64,000 nt of DNA from a virus: positions 1-64,000 of IMG/VR virus record IMGVR_UViG_3300036939_000021. One strand, given 5' to 3'. The notes below the pieces were generated by a model, which was not told the DNA's origin, did not search any database, and saw nothing but the letters and a program-made list of their open reading frames with translations. The stretch's first letter is position 1. Each line of letters starts with the position of its first letter. Position numbers and translations under genes: made by a program. Positions 9,921 to 18,272 of the stretch are shown here, one piece after another.

Positions 9921-10027
9921 AAAATTTTTGAATAAAATTTGAGACACTTCTAGGGAATCATAAGAGGTGTTTTTTATTGACATCTATTAAAATCTGGCAT
10001 ATACTAGAATAGTTGTTAGATAGTTTT

Positions 10028-10654
10028 ATGATGCTAAATTCTAATTTTGATAAAACACTTGAAAATTATATTGAATCTATTGTAGAAATTAATGAAAAAT
10101 TTAATATACATGAATCACATAGATTTACTATTTATTGTTATGGATTGATTGAAGAAGTAGGGGAATTGAGCGGTAAAATAAAACGAGAAATTAGAGATGA
10201 TAAAGATTTATCATCTGATATTCATAAAGAGATTGGCGATATTATTGCTTATTTAATGTTAATTGTACGATGGACACATTTAGAATATTTTTCAACAAAA
10301 AATATTGCAACTTTAATATTTGATGATTTACCGGGTAATATCCAACAATTTAAAAATGAACAAAATAAAAGTGATATACCTATTTTATATATTTTATCGA
10401 AATTAGATGTAGAAAAATCATTTTTAATTTATCTCCTTATGCAATATTCAGAAGCTGATCGAAAAGCACATAAGGGTACAGCAATTTTAGTTGCAACTAG
10501 AGTTCGACAGATGGCAGCAAAGATATTAGCTTATTTAGAAGTGATAGCTTTAAATTTTGATAGTAATCTTGAACAGTGTTTAGATTTAAATATTCAGAAA
10601 CTACAGAGCCGATTCTCTAAAGGTACTTTACATGGTTCGGGTGATAATCGTTAA
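10028..10654 (+). CDS. mazG: MazG-like nucleotide pyrophosphohydrolase (long form)
   Basis: GLIEEVGEL..KIKR.IRD..KEIGDII; C-terminal N..KLQSR...G.LHGSGDNR. Confidence 0.8.
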   Translation: MMLNSNFDKTLENYIESIVEINEKFNIHESHRFTIYCYGLIEEVGELSGKIKREIRDDKDLSSDIHKEIGDIIAYLMLIVRWTHLEYFSTKNIATLIFDDLPGNIQQFKNEQNKSDIPILYILSKLDVEKSFLIYLLMQYSEADRKAHKGTAILVATRVRQMAAKILAYLEVIALNFDSNLEQCLDLNIQKLQSRFSKGTLHGSGDNR

Positions 10655-10790
10655 GACTTATTAGGACAACAGAGAACACACGGAATAATAGATTATTCCA
10701 TGTGTTCTTTTTTATTTGAGAAATTTATATAAACTATTGGCATCTATTAGAAAATAGCATATACTAAAAGAGTACTTAACGACAAAGCAT

Positions 10791-11045
10791 ATGAACTTAT
10801 CCCAGAGTCTTGTAGATTTATTATCAGAATATTCGGAGAAAAATTTAGAACAACTTTTAGAAAAAGGACAAGATAACTTGCATCAATGTTTAAGACAATT
10901 ACCGATAGAGCCGGAAGTTGGAACTAAAGAATATAAAATACGTAGACAAGTTTTATTGAGTCTTTATCATCTTACTTGTGCTATCGGAGAACATGAAGGT
11001 GAGGAAGAAGACGATAATAGAGGCTCAGGACGATTTTTATATTAA
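10791..11045 (+). CDS. 84-aa acidic protein ending in RGSGR (PatS/HetN/PatX-type pentapeptide)
   Basis: EEEDDNRGSGRFLY*; RGSGR at 11019-11033; promoter TTGGCA(10737)-N17-TATACT. ORF confident, function inferred. Confidence 0.7.
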   Translation: MNLSQSLVDLLSEYSEKNLEQLLEKGQDNLHQCLRQLPIEPEVGTKEYKIRRQVLLSLYHLTCAIGEHEGEEEDDNRGSGRFLY

Positions 11046-11052
11046 AAATATT

Positions 11053-11199
11053 ATGTTTAGTAGAAAAGAAAAAATTTGTCTGTTTTTATCTGTTTTATTT
11101 GTTTCGTTAGGTTTGAGCTATGATTTTGAGTCTTTAGAGCAATCGGTTTTTATTTTGATTGGGTTAGCATTATTCGCTGTTTTTGAAAGTATTAATTAA
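11053..11199 (+). CDS. small two-TM membrane protein
   Basis: Two hydrophobic stretches; ATG 11053 follows the previous stop. Confidence 0.6.
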   Translation: MFSRKEKICLFLSVLFVSLGLSYDFESLEQSVFILIGLALFAVFESIN

Positions 11200-11211
11200 G
11201 GAGTAATAGAC

Positions 11212-11547
11212 ATGGAATTAAGTGATTATCAAGTACAATCTATATCTACGGCTATTTATCCAGGGAAGAAAACTATTAACGGTTTAGCTTATGCGACTTT
11301 AGGCTTAGTTGGGGAAGCAGGAGAAGTTGCAGAAAAAGTTAAAAAGATTCTTAGAGATAAGCAAGGTATTTTAGATGCTGAAACTAAGCAAGCTTTGCAA
11401 AAAGAATTAGGTGATGTTTTATGGTATCTAGCTGCTATAGCTACAGAACTTGATTTATCTTTAGATGATGTGGCTTTAATGAATCAGCAAAAATTACAAT
11501 CACGAAAATTAAGAAATGCTTTAAGCGGTAATGGAGATAACCGTTAA
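11212..11547 (+). CDS. mazG: MazG-like nucleotide pyrophosphohydrolase
   Basis: LGLVGEAGEVAEKVKKILRD..KELGDVLWY..N..KLQSR..GNGDNR. Confidence 0.92.
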   Translation: MELSDYQVQSISTAIYPGKKTINGLAYATLGLVGEAGEVAEKVKKILRDKQGILDAETKQALQKELGDVLWYLAAIATELDLSLDDVALMNQQKLQSRKLRNALSGNGDNR

Positions 11548-11617
11548 AATATAAAAGCATATCGTAGTACTACTGACCTGATTTCTATTGGAATTGGGTC
11601 TTTTTTATTGACACGAC

Positions 11618-11933
11618 TTAGCTTGGCTAGGTTAGACAATCACTAAGTTAAATTTATATATGTTATTGACATCTAATAGAAATAAACATATAGTATAACT
11701 ATCATTCTATAAACATATTAAAAATATGAAATCTGCGATTGATACGGCTATAGCTGTTTTTACTGCAACTACTCTAGCTGTTGTAACTGTAAAAGGTGAT
11801 GACTTAGGCAAAGCTCAATATCAAACTCTTAAAGATATTCAGACTAATTTAAATCAAAAACGTTAAAACTTATTTAGGAATTTTTAAGACTTAATTTGAA
11901 AATAGTTAAATCTTTTTTATTAGCTTGGCTAGG
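11618..11933 (+). repeat. 14-bp direct repeat TTAGCTTGGCTAGG (11618-11631 / 11920-11933) flanking a promoter-ORF unit
   Basis: Exact repeat seen twice. Confidence 0.75.
11726..11866 (+). CDS. 46-aa peptide with hydrophobic N-terminus
   Basis: Manual translation MKSAIDTAIAVFTATTLAVVTVKG...; promoter at 11666. Confidence 0.6.
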   Translation: MKSAIDTAIAVFTATTLAVVTVKGDDLGKAQYQTLKDIQTNLNQKR

Positions 11934-12597
11934 CAACACTCAACATATCTTATCTACTTTAGACATGATTCCAGTCGTACTTCCTCATACCCAATCTTGG
12001 ATTACATACCCAATTTATTAGGATTTTCTCGCCTACAAATCTCATATCTCTTTTAGGAGATACCCCATTTGCTATTAAAAACCTACGGAAAATAACACAT
12101 GGAATTATCCAATTGAGACAACACGCATCTTTGGCTTTGACCTCGACTTTGACCCTAGCACAGCCCAGAAAGCGACCGGAACCCCGAAACCTCTTTCAGA
12201 GATGCCGTTTTTGCGGTTTTTTCGATTTTTGCGAAAATTTCAAATACACCGATTTTTAAAATTGGAAAACAAAAGAAAAATATATGTTTTTTCATATAGC
12301 ATGGTACGCTGTTATATGCAATATTTCGTGTTTTTTATATTATTTTATTGTATTTTGATATAATTTACGAAATTTCCGGAACAAATAAAATATCTGCTTT
12401 TTATTAGTCTTAAAAATTTTTATTACATATTTTAACTAGTAAATTATAGTATAATTTTACTTTCCACACCATATAAATATTATAATTAAGATATACTTAC
12501 CTGTTATTAACCCGGTCTATTTTGTTAATATAGGTTGGCATACCCCTAGGCAGTATGTTATATTAGATTCAGTCATCCAGAATTAGAGATTAAAATA

Positions 12598-13197
12598 ATG
12601 TTATTAAATAGACTGGTAAATAATGATTTTGTACACGTAGTAGAGGTACGAATTAAAAAAGACACAGCACTTTTATTAATAAATGATCAGATTGATCTAC
12701 CCATTGCTAAAACAACGATGGTAGCCAATGCGCCAAGAGTAAAAGCAATTTTAAATAAAAAGTTTGTACCAGAAGCTTTTAAAGATACTCCAGTAGAGGA
12801 AGGAAAAAGCCAATCTTACTCTTTTAAATTTTTTCTATTATTGCTGGCATATATTAAACGCACTTCTCAATTAAGAGCTGATGGTAAATCACCAGCATCT
12901 ATTACACAACTTCGCATTACAGACGATATGGTGAATGCAATTGATATTGATAAATTGTTAGTTGCTTTTAAAGACAAAATTAAAGTTATTGGTAAAAATT
13001 TACCGTCATATTTTGCATTAGAAAATATTAAAGTGTCTAAAAGTACTTTGTATACCATTACTAAAATTCACCCAGAGTTACCTCCGATGCAATGGAATCG
13101 AACTTACACATCAGAGGAGATTGAACAATGGAGAAATTTTTTAAAAAATCGCAAGTATCAGCATTACTTTACAAAAAATACTGAAGTTGCTTTTTAA
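12598..13197 (+). CDS. hypothetical basic protein
   Basis: 199 aa ORF after a long non-coding tract. Confidence 0.7.
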   Translation: MLLNRLVNNDFVHVVEVRIKKDTALLLINDQIDLPIAKTTMVANAPRVKAILNKKFVPEAFKDTPVEEGKSQSYSFKFFLLLLAYIKRTSQLRADGKSPASITQLRITDDMVNAIDIDKLLVAFKDKIKVIGKNLPSYFALENIKVSKSTLYTITKIHPELPPMQWNRTYTSEEIEQWRNFLKNRKYQHYFTKNTEVAF

Positions 13198-13228
13198 TTT
13201 TTATTATAAAAATAAAGGATAATTCATC

Positions 13229-13735
13229 ATGCAATTCACAGCCAAAGAAATTCAAGATTTTCTTAAAACCAAAGGAATCAAAAAAACTATTCAAGAAATT
13301 TCTAATTTTATTGTAAAAATGAGATTTACAGATGAAACAACTTTTAATGAAATTATAGAAGAATTTAAAAAACAAGATGAAAGTAGTTATTTTATTATCC
13401 GAGAAATTCAGACAAAGTTAAAAGCACGAAAAATTAAAAAGAATTTAATGGAGATATCTGATTACATTTATAACAAAAACTTTAAAGAAACAATAAATGC
13501 TGATGAAATTGTAGAGCAGCTTATTAAAGAATCTCAACAAAAACAAGAGCAAGAAAACATAGAGCAAAGATTAAAATATGAGTTTGAAGCTTTCAAGCAG
13601 AAAAAGTTAAAAATAGAAAAAGTTACTGAAATGCTACACATACTAGATTATGTATCTATTCAAATTGTAGAAAATTTTACTAATCAGCTAATTCAAGAAA
13701 AACTAAAAGAAATATGGAAAAATCATGAAAAATAA
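13229..13735 (+). CDS. hypothetical protein; N-terminal repeat shared with 15632
   Basis: FTAKEIQ..LK..GIK.TIQEIS.F. Confidence 0.7.
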   Translation: MQFTAKEIQDFLKTKGIKKTIQEISNFIVKMRFTDETTFNEIIEEFKKQDESSYFIIREIQTKLKARKIKKNLMEISDYIYNKNFKETINADEIVEQLIKESQQKQEQENIEQRLKYEFEAFKQKKLKIEKVTEMLHILDYVSIQIVENFTNQLIQEKLKEIWKNHEK

Positions 13736-13955
13736 AGTTAACTGGATACCAGTTGAACAATCTTTACCTGAAGATAAACGACCTGTTTTAGTTTACGTTT
13801 CTCGTTTTCATTCAAGAAAAATAAGGATAGCTCAATACTTGTTAGGAGAAGATTATTTAGAAGAACAATGGTTTGAGTCTTTAGCAGTATCACCATTAAT
13901 AAAAGATTCTGTAACACATTGGGCAGAATTACCGGAAGCACCCGAAAATGACTAA
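13725..13955 (+). CDS. DUF551-like phage protein
   Basis: WIPVEQSLPE..VLV...VTHWAELPEAP. Confidence 0.8.
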   Translation: MKNKVNWIPVEQSLPEDKRPVLVYVSRFHSRKIRIAQYLLGEDYLEEQWFESLAVSPLIKDSVTHWAELPEAPEND

Positions 13956-14103
13956 AACTATTAATATTAATGATCTCAGCTTAGGCAAACTTCGAGATTT
14001 TATTAAAAAATCACAGCTACAACCCACTACACCGGAAGATTCTCAAGAACTTAAACGAATCAAGCGATTAGTAAAATTGAGTATGGATGAAGAAGCAGAA
14101 TAA
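13948..14103 (+). CDS. small hypothetical protein (51 aa)
   Basis: Manual translation; start overlaps the previous gene's end. Confidence 0.5.
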   Translation: MTKTININDLSLGKLRDFIKKSQLQPTTPEDSQELKRIKRLVKLSMDEEAE

Positions 14104-14260
14104 ATGTGAGTAAAATTCAAAAACCTTATGGAATAATTTATATGATTCCATAAGGTTTTTGAATTTTGTTCTAAAAAGTTATTTTAAATATATTCTTGAC
14201 ATCTTAGATTTTTATTGTCATAATATAGGAGTAGCGAGGAAATCGAAAAGATTCTAAAAA

Positions 14261-14500
14261 ATGCAAGCGCCACAACAAAAGAAATTTGCGATATATTACG
14301 GCGATTTACTGAGCGATAATGATGAGTCATGCGCTTACGCTAAATTTTATAAGCATAGAGATAGATGGATGGTAAAACCTGTCCATACCTATCAGGAAGC
14401 TTCTAAATTTGCTACCGAAAGTCAAGCAAAAAGCACAGCAAAAAATTATCCAGGATTGATAGAAGTAGGTTTTATAACAACTGATAGACCTATGGAATAA
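14261..14500 (+). CDS. hypothetical early protein
   Basis: Downstream of promoter 14196. Confidence 0.65.
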   Translation: MQAPQQKKFAIYYGDLLSDNDESCAYAKFYKHRDRWMVKPVHTYQEASKFATESQAKSTAKNYPGLIEVGFITTDRPME

Positions 14501-14560
14501 ACTTTTATTCTAAAAATTAGGGAGCATCTACTGTCAAATAAAAATATACGGAGTAAAACA

Positions 14561-14743
14561 ATGGATAAACAAACGATAGTAAATGCAATAGCTTTTTGTT
14601 TTGAAAAAATAATAATAGATCATATTGATTTTTATTTTAATTGTGCTTATAGCAATCCAGAACAATTTTCTACAAAAGATCGTAAAGTTTTAGTAGTTGA
14701 AGCTTTAGAAATTATTGTTAAAAAATTAAAAAGTAAAGATTAA
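14561..14743 (+). CDS. hypothetical protein
   Basis: GGAG RBS; operon position. Confidence 0.6.
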   Translation: MDKQTIVNAIAFCFEKIIIDHIDFYFNCAYSNPEQFSTKDRKVLVVEALEIIVKKLKSKD

Positions 14744-14747
14744 AACA

Positions 14748-14957
14748 ATGAACAACAGTAATAATCAGGCTTTTCCTGTAGCTGGTAGTGAGCATCATGA
14801 TTTTGAACCAGGTTTAACTAAAAGAGAATACTTGGCAGCTATGGCTATGCAAGCACTTCTATCTAATTCAAATAAAGATTACACGGATTTAGAAAACTTA
14901 TTAGCAAAACGTTCTATAACCTATGCTGATGCTTTATTAAAAAAGTTGGGAGAGTAA
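14748..14957 (+). CDS. small phage protein of the AFP..GLTKREYLAAMAMQ type
   Basis: Recognisable widespread phage motif. Confidence 0.75.
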   Translation: MNNSNNQAFPVAGSEHHDFEPGLTKREYLAAMAMQALLSNSNKDYTDLENLLAKRSITYADALLKKLGE

Positions 14958-14960
14958 AAA

Positions 14961-15170
14961 ATGAATACAACTGACTCTACAACTAAAGACATTCTAAATG
15001 GCATAAATTTAATACTTAAATATGAATCTGATGCCACTTTTGCTACTGAACATGATGAGATATTTTTTGGAAGTGCTGATGTAAAAGAAGCTATGACACC
15101 GGAAGAATTAATACTTTTAGAGGAATGGGGATGGTTTGAAGATCAGGATAGTATGAAACATTACGTTTAG
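14961..15170 (+). CDS. hypothetical phage protein
   Basis: EHDEIF..L..WGW motif; RBS. Confidence 0.65.
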   Translation: MNTTDSTTKDILNGINLILKYESDATFATEHDEIFFGSADVKEAMTPEELILLEEWGWFEDQDSMKHYV

Positions 15171-15236
15171 TCAACAAAGGATAAAAAACAAACCCCTGGA
15201 ATAATCGATTATTCCAGGGGTTTGTTTTTTATCTTT

Positions 15237-15470
15237 TTACAAGTCGTTATTGAGTTTTTCTGATTCTTTCTTTATCATTTCTCTTTGATCAACACGTTTA
15301 CTTTCCATAGATAGATATACAGCCATAGCATTACGCTCTTGTACTTCAAGTCTCAATCCTTTTAGTAATAAAAGACTTGCCATACCAGATCGACTCTCAC
15401 CAGATTCTTCAGCCAGTTTTTTTAAAAAAACTAGAGTCTGATTTGTTACAGTAATTGAAATTTGTGGCAT
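15237..15470 (-). CDS. ribbon-helix-helix (CopG-like) regulator
   Basis: QISITV..LKKLAEESGESRSGMASLLL; divergent from the 15632 operon. Confidence 0.75.
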   Translation of the reverse strand: MPQISITVTNQTLVFLKKLAEESGESRSGMASLLLLKGLRLEVQERNAMAVYLSMESKRVDQREMIKKESEKLNNDL

Positions 15471-15631
15471 TTTACGTTGTTTAATTGTTTTTTACGGGAG
15501 CAATAAGTATCATACATCACTTTTAACCGAAAATATAATCAAAATACTCTGAAAACAACTTAAAAACTATTGCACACATAAATAATAGATGTTAGTATGT
15601 ATATAACAAATCAGTTAAGGAAATAAAAAAC

Positions 15632-16117
15632 ATGAATTTTACCGCAAAAGAAATCCAAGCAGCTTTAAAAGAAAATGGCATTAAAAGAACAATTCAAGAA
15701 ATCAGCGATTTTTTATCAAGTGCTGGTTTTACCGCTAGCACAACGATGGAGCAAATTGTAAAAGCTTTCCAAGCTAATGAATCATCACTCACCACTTCTC
15801 AGCAATCTCAGGGATTAGCTACACGATCAGGACGTTCTAAAAAAGCCTTACAGAAGTTTGAACAAAAATTAGAAGAAGTACCAGAAACAAATACACACAA
15901 TAAATTTTTGGATATCGGTGATCCAGCTTTTCAAGCTGCTGTAAATACGGTAGCTGCTGACAATTTTAAAAAGGCCGTGCTGTTTCCTCAGGCAGTAGCT
16001 AGTCGTACTAACGAACTTCTTAATGATCCAGAGAATCGTCAAGTTTGGGAAACTTCTTTAGAGGATGCTGCAACGACGATTGAGCAAATGCTCTATGGTT
16101 TTAATCCAGGTGTTTAA
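15632..16117 (+). CDS. hypothetical protein, first gene of the membrane/ATPase module
   Basis: N-terminus paralogous to 13229. Confidence 0.75.
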   Translation: MNFTAKEIQAALKENGIKRTIQEISDFLSSAGFTASTTMEQIVKAFQANESSLTTSQQSQGLATRSGRSKKALQKFEQKLEEVPETNTHNKFLDIGDPAFQAAVNTVAADNFKKAVLFPQAVASRTNELLNDPENRQVWETSLEDAATTIEQMLYGFNPGV

Positions 16118-16132
16118 GATTTTATTATAAAA

Positions 16133-16675
16133 ATGGAAAACCAAGAGTTACTAAAGTATTTGCAGCAAGTTCTGAAAAAGCATGACATGGAATCATCTAT
16201 AGATGAACTTGCTGCAATTTGTGAAAGATATGGAATCGAATCAATAGAGCAAGTAGAAACCGATACTATCGTAGGAATTTACAATACTCTCAAAGCTAAT
16301 AGACAAAAAAATGATTCCATTGGTGGCAATCTTGCCACTATCATGAAACAAAAGTTTCAACAAAAAGCGGAAAAAGAAGCTCAGACAATTGTACAAGAAT
16401 ATCAGAATATCCCGATAGAAATTCAAGAAGCTGTTATTAAAAAAATGCTTCTTGAGTATACTAAGAAAAACCCAAAGATTGATGATTTTCTTAGAGAGGC
16501 GGATTACGCCAAAATTGCAGAAGAAAATATCCAGTCTTCTCAACAAATGTTGAAATATGTGCTTTTGGGTTTATTGAGTATTCTTTTAATTTTGAGTTTT
16601 AGCAGCTTAGTTGAAAGTTTTGGAAGTCTGATAAATTCTAAGCCTAATAAGGAGGTAGTTTATGTCAACAAATAA
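16133..16675 (+). CDS. coiled-coil protein with C-terminal TM
   Basis: YVLLGLLSILLILSFSSL. Confidence 0.75.
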   Translation: MENQELLKYLQQVLKKHDMESSIDELAAICERYGIESIEQVETDTIVGIYNTLKANRQKNDSIGGNLATIMKQKFQQKAEKEAQTIVQEYQNIPIEIQEAVIKKMLLEYTKKNPKIDDFLREADYAKIAEENIQSSQQMLKYVLLGLLSILLILSFSSLVESFGSLINSKPNKEVVYVNK

Positions 16676-16955
16676 GTATAAGCTGATCGACTACCGAATT
16701 AAGGGTGAAAGTAATTTATTCACCCTTTTAGATGAAAATTATTCTGAAGAGAAATGGTTACTTGTGCAAATGCAAATTGATGCAAATGCTAAGGAGCGAG
16801 AAAGACAACAGCTTAAAGCAGACAGAGATTTTAAAATTGTCTTAATGTTTTTAAGTTGTTTGGGATTAGTTTCAATTAGTCTTTTTATTGGAATAATGGC
16901 TAGTTCTTATGTAGCAGTTAGTCGAGTACAACAAAGTATGGAGCAGGTTAAATAA
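16662..16955 (+). CDS. single-TM protein
   Basis: IVLMFLSCLGLVSISLFIGIMA. Confidence 0.7.
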   Translation: MSTNKYKLIDYRIKGESNLFTLLDENYSEEKWLLVQMQIDANAKERERQQLKADRDFKIVLMFLSCLGLVSISLFIGIMASSYVAVSRVQQSMEQVK

Positions 16956-17438
16956 ATGTCTATTTTAAATCAATTTGGAGTTAAAATTGATGCTTTAGCT
17001 AGTGGTGGAAAACTAGCCGTAGGTTTTCAAACTCCTGTAATTAATGGACTAGGTGATAAAGTACGATCAGTAAAAAATTATGATTCTATTACTAAACGTC
17101 TGGAGACATTAGCCGATGTGCCAGAGAAATATACTAAAAAAGAAGTAGTATTAGCTACAAATTTAGCTAACCGAGCATTAGCTCGAAACGTACATAAAGC
17201 AGGATTTTTAAAAGCTAGAACTACAGAGTTTACTGCTTTAGCTAATAGTCTCAAAATGGAGATGCAAGCAAAACAACAAATGACTAGTGTAATGGATGGA
17301 GCGCAACAAAGTATCGAAGCCTACGGTAGAGCTATAGAGAATTCTAAGTATGGTGAAGATGTATTAGAAGCGGGATATCAAGCTTATACCGACGAACTCA
17401 ACAATGGAGGATCAGCTTTAAATTTGAGTGGATGGTAA
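16956..17438 (+). CDS. helical hypothetical protein
   Basis: Starts immediately after the upstream stop. Confidence 0.75.
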   Translation: MSILNQFGVKIDALASGGKLAVGFQTPVINGLGDKVRSVKNYDSITKRLETLADVPEKYTKKEVVLATNLANRALARNVHKAGFLKARTTEFTALANSLKMEMQAKQQMTSVMDGAQQSIEAYGRAIENSKYGEDVLEAGYQAYTDELNNGGSALNLSGW

Positions 17439-17527
17439 AAAAATAAATAACAAAAATAAATTTTGCTAGATAATATTGACATCTAGCAATTTTTTTATTA
17501 TAGTAAAAGAGTAGAGAACAAAAAACA

Positions 17528-17758
17528 ATGTGTAAACAACTTCAGACTACAATCGAAATTTCAAAACTAACTTTAGGTGATTGGCTATTGATAGCACAAG
17601 CAAAAGACAATTCTAATTTTTGGGGATTTTATGCTTGGTTACAAAATACTAATGAGGATTTAAATCAATTAACTAAGCAAGATATTGATGCAATTGCTAA
17701 TAAATTAGATAGAAATGCTTGGTATGTACATTGTGAAATAGATAATTACAAGAAATAA
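17528..17758 (+). CDS. hypothetical protein
   Basis: Downstream of promoter 17476. Confidence 0.6.
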   Translation: MCKQLQTTIEISKLTLGDWLLIAQAKDNSNFWGFYAWLQNTNEDLNQLTKQDIDAIANKLDRNAWYVHCEIDNYKK

Positions 17759-17762
17759 AACC

Positions 17763-18053
17763 ATGAATCTTAAAAGTCAGAGAAATCTAGGATACGGTCT
17801 TGTAGCTTTTGGAGTCACGATTCTTACAGGATATTCCTTAAGTGCTTATGGTCAATTAATTCTTTTTCTGGGGATTGTATTATTGATGTTAATTTCTCTT
17901 ATGTTTTTGGCGATGAAAGATGCTGTGAATATAAAAGCGGGCAATGCTGATATTGAATTTTTAGATGCTTTTAAAGTTACTGGAGGATTATACGGTTTAG
18001 TGTTTTTAGGGTTTATTGTAGTAATTTTGTTAGGAATTTTAAAAGGAGTTTAA
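17763..18053 (+). CDS. three-TM membrane protein
   Basis: Three hydrophobic segments. Confidence 0.7.
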   Translation: MNLKSQRNLGYGLVAFGVTILTGYSLSAYGQLILFLGIVLLMLISLMFLAMKDAVNIKAGNADIEFLDAFKVTGGLYGLVFLGFIVVILLGILKGV

Positions 18054-18055
18054 TA

Positions 18056-18268
18056 ATGAAAGTATTACCGACAGTAATTAATAATGGTTTAGAGTGTCCC
18101 TATCTTAAAGAAGATGTATCATCTATATTATTTTTAAGATGTGGAAAGAAGTATAACAAACAATCTGAAAATTATGAATATATAGGAACAAGAAACGATA
18201 TAGAAAAAGAAAATATTATTCCGGTGTGGTGTCCTTTAGATGACGTTGACTCTTTATTAGATAAGTGA
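18056..18268 (+). CDS. small Cys-containing protein
   Basis: ECPY..C..IPVWCPL. Confidence 0.6.
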   Translation: MKVLPTVINNGLECPYLKEDVSSILFLRCGKKYNKQSENYEYIGTRNDIEKENIIPVWCPLDDVDSLLDK

Positions 18269-18272
18269 AAGT

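Noticed and set aside
10791-11045. RGSGR tail as a remnant of the neighbouring MazG GSGDNR tail
   Set aside because: Residue order and nucleotide sequence differ and the rest of the ORF has no MazG motifs; chance occurrence is still not excluded.
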